Below, one piece after another: positions 1 through 9,800 of a stretch of 28,894 nt of DNA. Each line of letters opens with the position of its first letter. Positions within the stretch are counted from its first letter, which is position 1. Position numbers and translations under genes: made by a program. The stretch comes from Bugula neritina (lineage: Eukaryota > Animalia > Bryozoa), in assembly GCA_964035545.1 (NCBI GenBank), contig CAXIUT010000033.1, forward strand, positions 1-28,894, read 5' to 3'. A model generated the notes under the pieces. That model ran no database searches. It had not been told where the DNA came from and saw only the letters and a program-made list of their open reading frames with translations.

Positions 1-87
1 CCCAACCCCAACCCCAACCCCAACCCCAACCCCAACCCCAACCCCAACCCCAACCCCAACCCCAACCCCAACCCCAACCCCAACCCC
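1..87 (+). repeat. Left telomere, (CCCCAA)n
   Basis: Perfect C4A2 hexamer array from base 1 to 87, followed by AT-rich subtelomeric sequence. This is the Tetrahymena/oligohymenophorean telomere repeat. Confidence 0.98.
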
Positions 88-203
88 TTCTTGATTTATT
101 CTTAAAATAGAACATAATTGTTTAATTCTATTGAATCTAATATGGTTAGATATAAGTGAACTTCAATAATATGGGAACAAATTTAAATATACTAATATCT
201 CTA

Positions 204-734
204 TCAAATGTTTCTGGGTAACTTACTAACTACTCTGGGTTTATTGTCTTCTATAGCTTTGTACAACTCCATAAAAGATCTTGACATCTTTATTTATTCA
301 CATTTCTATAGGTAACTGAAGCCTCTAATCTCAAACCGCTTTTTAAATTTTATTGTCTTCTTCATCGGCGCAGAACCTGGAGGTTAAGCCAACTTCATAT
401 CCTGTCGATATTTTTGGTTTATATTATGAAAATATTTTGTTTTATCTCGAGCAGCCATCAAAAAATATTCATTCATTTCAGGATGCTCTGACTTGAACTT
501 CGCCCTTTACTCTTCAGAAAGGTTTGATATCTTCCTAGGATCTATCCTTCCTGTTCTTTTGGCAGGAACCTCTTCTTTTTAATTCTGGTATAGAAAATAA
601 AATACATCAGAGGAGGACCTTTCACTTGAATTTTCTTAACTCTAACTTGCTCCTTTAGCTTTGTCGACTTTTTGCTTTTTGATGCCTTTAGGACGGCCTC
701 GCTTAATCTTGTGGGTTTTCTTTGGTCGGGGCAT
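204..734 (-). CDS. Small basic AT-hook-containing protein (start and end uncertain)
   Basis: With TAR=Glu it reads MPRPKKTHKIKRGRPKGIKKQKVDK...LSEEERAKFKSEHPEMNEYFLMAARDK...PRVVSKLPRNI-TGA(204-206). KRGRPK is a canonical AT-hook core. The frame stays open upstream to ATGs at ~812 and 1406. There is a candidate in-frame 21-nt intron at 585-605, and a candidate 20-nt intron at 214-233 that would move the stop to 163-165. Confidence 0.65.
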
Positions 735-1441
735 TAACAGAGATTTAATTATCAGTTCAGCCCAACAGATTTGAGGAAAAGGTCTCCCAATTCTATTAAT
801 AGGACTAAACATTTCAAAAAGACCTATTTATTGACCTAAGACCTTTCTGGGAGAACAAATAAACTATTTTTTTATTTGCTACTACTTCTCTTATTATATT
901 TTCAATTCAATGTTTATAGGTTAATTCTCCTTCAAAAAGAAGCCTTATTTGCTCTTTTTTAATTAAAAATGATGGAAAAGATTGGAAATAACAAAGAAAA
1001 CTATCTATTAGATTTGTGTCTGAGAATATTTTAGTTTTCCTTCTTTTTTATCTGTCAATAGCTTATTATGAAAATATAGGGGTGTTTAAAAATAATTAAA
1101 AAAACAAAGAATAAAACTATAAGAACATGGAGATTGATTTGGAATGAGTGGCAGAAGCAAATAATAAAAATAATATTTTAAAACGTTTATGAAGGTTAGA
1201 GAGTATAGGGAGTATATATCAAAGTTGAAGAATATTAAAAAATAGATAAGAAAAAAGAGAGAATAAATTTGATTAAGCTCAAGATTTTGAATCAGAGTCA
1301 CTTATTTTTAATTGTTCTTATTTTTTATATTGTAATTGATAAAATTTCTTTCTAATCTGTCAATTCTATAAAGTAAATTACAAAATCTTCCGCCAAAAAA
1401 AATCATAATCTCTTTGAAAAATGTTTTACTATATATATACT

Positions 1442-2008
1442 ATGAACAACTTAAAAGAAGATTTTCTCTCAAAGAAACAATCTTTCGAAGTCATCAGAGA
1501 AAGAATAAATAATTACCTTCATCTTGAATCTCGATGTGGAGTCAGAGGAGATCAGTAAATTTAGGAGTAAGTCAGAAGATTACTGTTGAGAGATGAGATA
1601 AGTCAGAGGATAGTTTTTTCTATCATATGCTAAAGTATAAGATCTTTGTTATCAACTGGAATTCATGATCAGACCATGGAAAATATTCAAAACTAGAAAA
1701 TAAAAAAACAAATATTAGAATTGTTGATTATTATGATTAGATAGGAACATAAAATATTCAAAAAAAATATTTTTGCTTTTGATCTTTAAGAACCTCCCAT
1801 ATAAAACTCAAAAGTAAAATAATAAGAAGAATAATTTATCACTATAGATAAAAAACAATTAATTTTAAATGGTTAGTAATTTTATTTAGGTAAAAGAAAT
1901 AATATCAAAGATAAATAATATTTTTCAAAGAAGGAGGACTTGTCAAAGAATTACAGACACAAAGCTGATAAGAAATAAGTCAAGAGATAGGTAGCTACTC
2001 AAATATGA
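1442..2008 (+). CDS. Hypothetical protein (~188 aa)
   Basis: ATG 1442 to TGA 2006-2008, open under TAR=Glu: MNNLKEDFLSKKQSFEVIRERINNYLHLESRCG...KVKEEEEEFITIDKKQLILNGEEFYLGKRN... No family recognised. A possible 20-nt GTA..AG intron at 1991-2010 would end it at TGA 2011-2013 instead. Confidence 0.6.
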
Positions 2009-2077
2009 AGTGATAGAGTAAAGGTTTATAACAAATATAAAGTAATTTGATAATTTTAAGCATTATAATTATACACC

Positions 2078-4162
2078 ATGAAGAACAGAAAAATAGTATA
2101 ATATGTAATCTATCCTAGATTCTTCCACTCTATCTCCATTCTTTACAAAGGTATTTATTGCATATCTTTCAAACTCTACCAAATATCTCTGAGTAATACA
2201 ACTACCTATGCATTTCCCTTTCTGCTGTAGCACCAAGAACCATTATTCCTAAAATAATAAAACTCAGAAGAACCTAGTCTTCACAGCTAGTCTAATTTTT
2301 CATTCTAGACAGAAAAGTAAGTCTCAATTGATGTAGATTTGCAGTAATATATGAAGAGGATAAGAAAAAATTATTCTCTCAGTGTGTGTTTCGTTTATAG
2401 TATCAAGAAGGAAAAGAATATAGCACTTATTTGAGTTGTAAATTACTTAAAAAGATGAAAAAATAGAAACAAAGTGATAGCAATTTATGTACAAGAGCTA
2501 TTCCTGAACATAGATATGAAGCAGTTGATACACAAATACTAAAAATTAGATAAATAGAACGTTTGAATCATCATCAACGAGTCTACTTCTCTTCAGCTGA
2601 GTTTTATAGTTGTATAGATTTCAGAATTTGTAGTTTTCATGAGGGAAACAAGTGGTATCGTAATAAAGAACAAATTAGTGATCTTTTAGCGGGATATGAT
2701 CTGAGTAAATGTAGTCCTAGAGTAATATTGGAGGCTAAAAAAGAGAAAAAGTATCAAGCTGATAAGAAATATGATCAAGATAAACTAAAATCTGTCTTTA
2801 AAGATCTACCTAATACGATTGTATTGTGTCATCTTTAACAGCAAAATATGATTGAGTAGTATAGCTATTGGTATAGCGAGATCATTCGTTTTAGAAGTAA
2901 TATTCTGTCTGAATTTGATAGCAATGGAAGACGAATGACTCCACTTGTACTGATATTATAATAAAGAAATTAGCAGATTTATCTTTTTTGAGAAGAGATC
3001 GTCTTCAAAGTGAGGCAGATCTTCAATTAATATATGGAACTGATCGGCCTGAATAAACTTTGAATTGTATTTTAGAGGTATATTTTAGAATATTAAGGAA
3101 AAATAGTTAATTAAAGGTAATTTAAGAGCAATAAGGGAGTATTATTGTATGCTTCTATTTTACTAGCCTGAAAAGTTATTTAATTAGAATATTAAAAAGA
3201 CAATAGGACGAGAAGAAGATATACAATAGCAAAAATTTATTTATTTGAGATAAAATGTATAAAATTCATTGCCTGAATAATCAAAAAAAGAATCAACTGT
3301 TTAATTCAAGAAAGAGCTAATCCTTTACAACTAGAATATCAATCGTATTCCTTTTTTACTGTTATAAAATTATAATCCTATATAAAGAAAGAAATCAAAA
3401 CATGATTCATCGCTAACTGTTTTTGTTCATGGATATCAAGGAAATAGCTTTGATTTTCAGAAATCAAAAAACTTTCTTAAAAAACATAATAAATATACTA
3501 CACCTTTGATAGTTGAATCTATTACTAATGATATGAATAAATCTATTGCAGATTTAGGAATTAAAGTGGCTGAATAAGTTTTAAGATATGTTAGAAATTC
3601 AATGACTAGATATTCTCGAATCAATTTTGTTGGATTTTCTTTGGGAGGATTGATAGTTAGAGCATGTCTTTAGCATCTTTCTTAACTCAGAAATAAACTT
3701 GGTATATTTGTCACTTATTCATCTCCACATCTAGGTATTTCAGAATCAGAAAATAACTTTGTCAAATTAGGAGTGTGGTATTTGATCAAAGTAGATAAAG
3801 TTAAAAATCTCAAATAACTCAACTTCCAATCAGTACAACTCAACGATTCTATCTTAATGAAGCTATCTAAGTGTTCTTATATCAGCAATTTTAGCAAAGT
3901 GATTTTAGTGAGCTCTAAAGATGATGGATTTGTTCCTTTTTACTCGACTTTTTTGCAAAGAAAGAATTGTTAACAATAAATTTTAGGTCTTTGTAATAAC
4001 CTTATCAGTAAAATTAAATATCTTGAAAGGGTTTAGGTAATATTTAACACAGATCATGCAGGAACATTTGATAAAATCACAGGAAGAAAAGGACATATTG
4101 AGTTTCTAGACAACCAATACTTTTTATAATTGTTTTTTAGACTTTATGGACCTCTATTTTGA
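2078..4162 (+). CDS. FAM135-like protein with C-terminal DUF676 alpha/beta-hydrolase (putative serine esterase/lipase), 4 exons, ~674 aa
   Basis: The N-terminus IVEYVIYPRFFHSISILYKGIYCI resembles the FAM135 start (VEF...F..VDLFQRG.Y.I). The C-terminus has LTVFVHGYQGNSFD, LGIKVAEEV, the nucleophile elbow INFVGFSLGGLIVR, SSPHLG, DGFVPF and TGRKGHIEFL. Removing three 20-nt introns gives 2025 nt = 675 codons ending in TGA 4160-4162. Confidence 0.88.
2317..2336 (+). other. 20-nt spliceosomal intron (FAM135-like, intron 1)
   Basis: GTAAGTCTCAATTGATGTAG. Removal joins FETEK|FAVIYEEDKKKLFSQCVFRLE, matching the FAM135 F.I.Y..E...L....FR pattern. The unspliced frame hits TGA. Confidence 0.85.
2947..2966 (+). 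other. 20-nt spliceosomal intron (FAM135-like, intron 2)
   Basis: GTACTGATATTATAATAAAG. Removal avoids the in-frame TGA at 2989-2991 and opens the next exon. Confidence 0.75.
3147..3166 (+). other. 20-nt spliceosomal intron (FAM135-like, intron 3)
   Basis: GTATGCTTCTATTTTACTAG. Removal shifts into the frame carrying the DUF676 motifs. An alternative donor at 3117 (50-nt intron) would also fit the frame. Confidence 0.78.
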
Positions 4163-4260
4163 ATAAAAATCATCAAATAAACAATCTAACTCTTGAATGA
4201 TTGATATACTCATAATGCTAATTGATCGATAACTTATTAAGTATTATGGATGAATGATGA

Positions 4261-4926
4261 TCATTTAGTTTTCTTAACTTTTGCCTCAGCGAAAAGAGGT
4301 GAGTTAGCAAGAGGACCTTTATTTCTGAGAATTTTTACTCCAGAGCCATCTTTAGAGATAGTTCCTTCAGCTTTCTTTTTCTGATACTCGAGACGGGTCA
4401 AAGGAGTGAAGCCCCACTTGTTGGATACAACAATTTTCTGTCTTCCTGAGAATTTGTTTTTGGCTCTTCTGAAAGCTTCCATAGCGAATTTGATGTGTGG
4501 TTCTCTTAATCTGACTGAGTAAAGAATAGTTCCGATTTTGACTCTTGCGGCTTTACCATAAGATTTTCCAAAGGCTCTTCTCATTCCAGCTTGTAATCTA
4601 TCGGCTCCAGCGCATGACAACATCTTGTTGATTCTAAGGACATGCCAGGGGTGGATTCGGCAACGCATGTGGAAATTTTATTTACCAACGTGTTTGGTCA
4701 AATATTTGTTACAGGCGATTCTAGAGGCTTCAAGAGCTTCAGAGCAGATCTGTTCCACTTCATCTGAAACAATGTGGACGACAAAAGGGAAGACATCGGC
4801 GTCAGCTTTCTTCTTTCCAATATCATAAATTCTGAGCTTGGGGTCAGGAACACCTCTGTTGTATCGGGATTTAGGGTATGGTTTACCCTTGCAGACTCTG
4901 TAACATCTGGCTGGTCTTCGGCCCAT
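4261..4926 (-). CDS. RPL10: 60S ribosomal protein L10 (uL16), 221 aa
   Basis: [10 protein letters not shown]...[16 protein letters not shown]...SEALEA...[21 protein letters not shown]...KWGFT. The two ORF-track pieces join through one in-frame TAA (4678-4680) in GK[TAA]NFH, a position that is D/E in homologues. Ends at TGA. Confidence 0.98.
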
Positions 4927-5198
4927 TTGTGATTAAAAATATATATTAAATAATCAAATAATCAATAACTGCCAAAATCTCATCTATTTTTAGATCAAAA
5001 ATCAATCAAAATTTTATCTCATTTCTTTAAACAATATTTATTTGTCTTTCTTTGTCCTTCTCTATCAAAGAAAATAGACATGATGATAATATCAAAGTCA
5101 AAGGACTTAAATAAAATATTGATTAATGAGGTATAATACTAGTTGATTCAATAAATATGAATAATTTTTGGAGTATTTGATTGTCCATATTTATAATA
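4927..5198. promoter_or_regulatory. Short AT-rich divergent intergenic region (likely bidirectional promoter for RPL10 and Rab)
   Basis: 272 bp between head-to-head ATGs. Inferred from position only; no specific element identified. Confidence 0.4.
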
Positions 5199-5810
5199 AT
5201 GAATCGGACTTATGACTAAATGATTAAAATAATGATGGTAGGTGATAGTGCGGTTGGAAAAACATCTATTATGCGATCTTTTTGTTCCTCAGATTCTTTC
5301 AATATCAAAAGTATTAGTAGTACAGTTGGAATCTAGTATGGATAACGAGTTGTTAATATGCAAGCAAAAAATGTACTTGTTCAAATTTGGGATACAGCTG
5401 GACAGTAGCGTTTTCAAAATTTGACTCCTTCATATTATCGTTCAGCTATGGGCATTTTGTTAGTTTTTTCAGTAACTGATAAATCTTCCTTTAACTCAGT
5501 TTAACTCTGGATGCGACAAATCAAACAGTATTCAGCCTAGGACATTCCAGTGATAATATTGTGCAACAAAGTAGATATAATAGCTCGCGAAGTAAGTGAT
5601 GTGCAATGCAAAGCTTTATAAAAACGACATGGAGTAAAGACGATAAATACTAGTGTAGTAAATAATCATAACATTAATGATGCTATTTTGGCTCTTTATT
5701 CGCATATATCAGAAGAAAGAAAGATAAAACCATCAAATAAGAGTACTATTGTTTTAGGAGATAGTAAAAAATCAAATTCAACTTCAAATTAATCTAAATG
5801 CAAGTGTTGA
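5199..5810 (+). CDS. Rab-family small GTPase, divergent, 203 aa
   Basis: G1 GDSAVGKT, G2/RabF1 TVGI[TAG]Y, G3 WDTAGQ[TAG]RF, YYRSAMG, G4 NKVD, degenerate G5 NTSVV, and a C-terminal CKC prenylation motif before TGA 5808-5810. No intron needed. Confidence 0.95.
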
Positions 5811-5951
5811 AAATCTACTTTGGCTTGAAGTCATCATTTATAATGTTTATCTATATTTGATAACTTAACATTTATCGATTTTCTCAACAGTATGATATTG
5901 TTAATTTGCAGTATGACATATATATTATTCATTTATTTGGCAGTAGTTCAA

Positions 5952-6020
5952 GGGGTTGGGGTTGGGGTTGGGGTTGGGGTTGGGGTTGGGGTTGGGGTTG
6001 GGGTTGGGGTTGGGGTTGGG
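5952..6020 (+). repeat. Internal (GGGGTT)n telomeric tract; right telomere of the 6 kb unit
   Basis: 69 bp perfect G4T2 array, 141 bp after the Rab stop, in the orientation of a right chromosome end. No C4A2 tract follows it. Confidence 0.95.
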
Positions 6021-6703
6021 AAACTCACTAAAATGCTCATCTATCTCTTCAAATTAACTGACTCCATCATCACCATCTACAGACAATATCCCACCTACCG
6101 TATGGAAAGAATTTCTAGTAAAAACACTCTAACCCAGTACACTTCCAAAGAGCAAGACAGTTCATGCGACTTGGTAAATTCCTAATGGAATATCAAGAAT
6201 CTATCAGTCTCATTAACCGATAAACTAGAGATGAATTCGGTCGACTTACCAGCATCTTACTTCATGCCATCTTCAGTTTTTACTGGGCTTTAGATAACCT
6301 TTCCCTTGCCGCTGCATATGGCTTAGTTAATATAGCAGAACACTAGTTTTCACAATCAGCCATCACAGTCAAATTCATTGGAATGGCCATTGCAGCCTTT
6401 TTCAACTTGAGGACATGGCTTCGTTTACATCATCAAGAACTGCAACTGAGGAAACAATTGAAAATATTGAAAGGAAAGTAGAATTTGGAGAAAGATAAAG
6501 AATTGATGGAAATAGTGATAAAGCAGTGGAAAACATTTCTACTTTGTATTAAAATATATGCAGATATGCTTCCCACAATTGGAAAGTCTGATCTGGCAAA
6601 AAAAATTATAGGGAGAAAAATTCCAAGAATATTTCAAGCCTTAGGTGGACTTGTCAGTGCCCTCGTTTCTTGTTTGTTGGCAGGTGACAAATCTCTCGTC
6701 TGA
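6021..6703 (+). CDS. PEX11: Peroxisomal biogenesis factor 11 family protein, 5'-truncated at the telomere junction
   Basis: KLTKMLIYLFKL corresponds to the conserved GRDK..R..QY segment but lacks GRD. After a 20-nt intron: ISIHFQRARQFMRLGKF, FYWALDNL, IYADML, ALGGLVSALVS, TGA 6701-6703. Spliced length is 663 nt. Confidence 0.82.
6118..6137 (+). other. 20-nt spliceosomal intron (PEX11)
   Basis: GTAAAAACACTCTAACCCAG with a CTAAC branch motif. Removal exactly restores the frame into ARQFMRLGK. Confidence 0.85.
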
Positions 6704-6816
6704 TGCTTCATACTTCATTATTCTATGATTTTTATGAAGATTTATTGACTATGAAGGTGATAATAGCATAGTTTTCTGATTTTATTGATTGAAAAGTTAT
6801 ATTATTGTTGAATAAT

Positions 6817-6844
6817 AGAATAAAGAATAAAGAATAAAGAATAA
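6817..6844 (+). repeat. (AGAATAA)x4 short tandem repeat in the convergent 3' intergenic region
   Basis: Four perfect 7-mers lying between the PEX11 stop and the giant-gene stop. Confidence 0.8.
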
Positions 6845-6893
6845 TTTAATATGAAAATAAATAATGTAAAAATGATGAATATTTATGGATAAA

Positions 6894-9800
6894 TCAAGAG
6901 TGAGATCTTTTCTTTTTGGTTTTATCAACTCCATGTATTTTGCTTTGAGCTTTAACAAACCTCTGCATTTTTTCTGCCTCTTATCCCATCTCTGTATTTT
7001 AAGCCTTTATAGTTTCTATAGCTGAAACTTTATTTCTCTGCAAATTGGGATTCAATGAAGTATGTATTTAACTTTTCAAAATATTAGTGTCAGATAGTCG
7101 ATATCTTGATTCAAAAGGCAAACTATTCTCTGCACTTACAAAGATCTAATAGTCAGAGTTATCATCAAGCAATTTAAATTATATCTAACCAACTCCGTTT
7201 CTACTGCTGGTCACGTTGACATAGTGTTGACTGATAACTTGAGTGTTATTCTCATTGTATCCATTAATAACTTGATCTGATAATAAAGTTACACCGTTTC
7301 CAATCTTTTTCAAAATAACAGCATAGATGAAATTGCGACCCCAGAAGGCAACTTTCATCTTTACTCGATCATAATTCTTTTCAGTGATTTTGATAGCATA
7401 ACGAACGCGAGGTACTCGATTGAAAATCTTTTTGACTGGTGATCGATAAGATTTGATATATTATGGAATAAATTCTTTTAACATAGCTTTTGCATCTGCA
7501 TCTTTTTTGAAGTTTCTGAGAAGGTTTATAGGTCGAGTAGAATCATCAATAGGGTTGGGAGCCACCATTGTTTCATAGACATATAATCTTTTATTCATTA
7601 CATTCGATCTAAATGATGACTTCTTTCTGACTAAAATAGTGGAAGTTGTAATAATAAAGATTCTTGATTTTTCAATTCTGAGCACCTAAGAAAGGAATTA
7701 AATATAAGCTGTCTAGTTAATAATTTATTTCATAGCCAGTTTAATAGAAGCAGCATTTGACATTTTCTTAGTTCTGAAATTGAGGAAGAATATCTCTGAG
7801 TTGCCAATAGTTGAGTTGAGATAAACTGCTAGTCTATAACTAGTCTGGGCCTTGAGTCCTGTTGCTAACACAGTTGAAATAGTATTAACTCCTGTTCCTT
7901 GAAGAGCAGCTTTCTGAGAACCATAAGTAACTCCTGAAGTAACATTGTTATCATAGATATCTTTAATATTAATTCTAGTTTTAGGAGTACCTCGAGAAAT
8001 AACAGCATAGTAAACAGTGCCGATATATGAAGTAGTGATAGTAAAGTTAGCTGAGTTAGAACTGGTAGTGCCTTTAATTACCTCATAGACTTATGGAGCA
8101 TACTGCAACACATTAGTAGTAGATTGTTCTGTTGATACTATAGTATGACCTACATCTGTAGATTGTTTTGCTGTACTTGATAGTTCAAGTTTCATGGGAG
8201 ATTAAACTGAGGTCTTGTCAATAGAAAGAGAAGAAGAGTAGTAAACCACAGGATTTTCAATGTAATAATTGTTAGTAGTTAGAGATGAAAGGGTAAAGTT
8301 CTGAGAACAAGCTGCAGGAATGACATCACCTTTGTACTGAACTGTGAAAGAAGCATTGTTTGATTTGGCAGGTATAGTGATTCTATTGGTAGGAATAAAG
8401 GTAAAGTAAGAACTACAGTTAGTTTCAGTCAAAAGGGCAAGAGCAGTTTGAGTAGGAACTTCAAGAGAAATTATGACAGTGATAGCATTGCCTACTGATT
8501 TAGCTATGAAAGGTTGAATCTATATTTTATATTTTCTAGTAGGAAGCTCGATATTAAGAGTGATAAATTGAATATCGTTGTAGAAAATATAGGTTCCACT
8601 TTCCTACTTGGTAAAGGTCACATTGAAAGTGCCTTCTAATCCGTTAGCAGCACTGATGGTAAAAGCCTTTTCTAATTCTCTGTAACTACTGAAAGTTATG
8701 TTAGAAGGTTCAAAAGAAATAGCTGATGATTCGCATGATGGAATTACTGATAAACTTCTTGCTGGTTTTTGTAAAGATATCTTAAACTCTGAAGAAGAGC
8801 CTGCTGAGAATTTGGTGTTACCTGTCACATTGATGGCATAAAGGTGAGTACTGAAAGTTGGACAAACTTCTTTGTTGGAAAGAGTTTGAGAGTAAATGCT
8901 GTTGCCTTTGAAATCAAACAAAGAAATGGTAAACACTGGTAGAACTGTGCAGTCAATAGTTTCATTGGGATTTCTAAACCAGAAAGAAATATTGAAAGTT
9001 GTGAAATCAACTGCAGCAGGGAAAGAAGAAGGCTCATAGATTGCAAATAGATATCTTGGAGAGAGAGTCACATTGCTGGAAGTGTAAGTATCGCTGCCTA
9101 TGCTCATGTTCAGAGCATTGGGAGTTTTGATCTGGTTCCAAATGTCTGCATATTCTTCAGGGAAATGAATTATTACCCCTATTTTTGATTTTTCAGAAAT
9201 TGAGAAAGTAGCTCCACTAGCTGCATCCAAGGTAAAGGTGTAAAGACTTACTGAGAAATATTTATCATTGCTGAGAGTGATTCCTCCGATTTGCATATCA
9301 ATGGGAGGATCGCTAACACTGAAACTTAAAGGACTAGTGAACATCAAAGCTGCCTGAGTGTAACTACTAGTAGTATTAATAAAGGTAAAAGTAAAGTTAA
9401 CTTTTTTAACGTTTGTCTTAGGGTTGAGAAGACCGTTTACTGTTAAATAGAGGAAACTGTTTGCTCGAAGATTTTCTAGAACTGTAGTGAGACCCTTGAT
9501 GGTTATTTTCTGTCCATTCATACCACAAGACAAAACATTAGTACCTTCTTTTAATTTCAAGTTCATGTAATTATCAACTTGTATGTAGTTCTGGTAACCA
9601 CAAGAAATGCCTGCTTCGCTTGCAACTATATCACTTGCTATTTGGATTTCTAGAGTTGAAACTACAAAGTCAGGTTTAGTAATAGCAAAGGTATAGATAG
9701 AAGAATAAAGTCTGTTAAGTGGAGAGTTGGCACTTCTGATAGAGATGGCTTGTCCAGTAGAGGTGATGATAGTACCAGTTGAGCTGCTAGTAACAGAAGT

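Noticed and set aside
1872-1889. 18-nt GT..AG candidates (1872-1889 and ~3969-3986)
   Set aside because: They are in frame, not required, and have GTT donors; the unspliced translation reads naturally.
4625-5424. ORFs 4625-4828 (+) and 5242-5424 (+)
   Set aside because: They are antisense to RPL10 and out of frame within the Rab gene, respectively.
2078-5810. Pseudogene interpretation of the in-frame TAA/TAG codons, or the standard ciliate Gln code
   Set aside because: The codons fall at conserved Glu positions in otherwise intact essential genes, and all genes end in TGA.
6100-6118. Alternative 19-nt GT..AG intron in PEX11
   Set aside because: Splicing it gives the wrong frame; the 20-nt intron at 6118-6137 restores the conserved motif.
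5892-6185. ORF with a poly-(Gly-Val) tract
   Set aside because: It is the translation of the GGGGTT telomere tract running into the PEX11 first exon, not a real protein.
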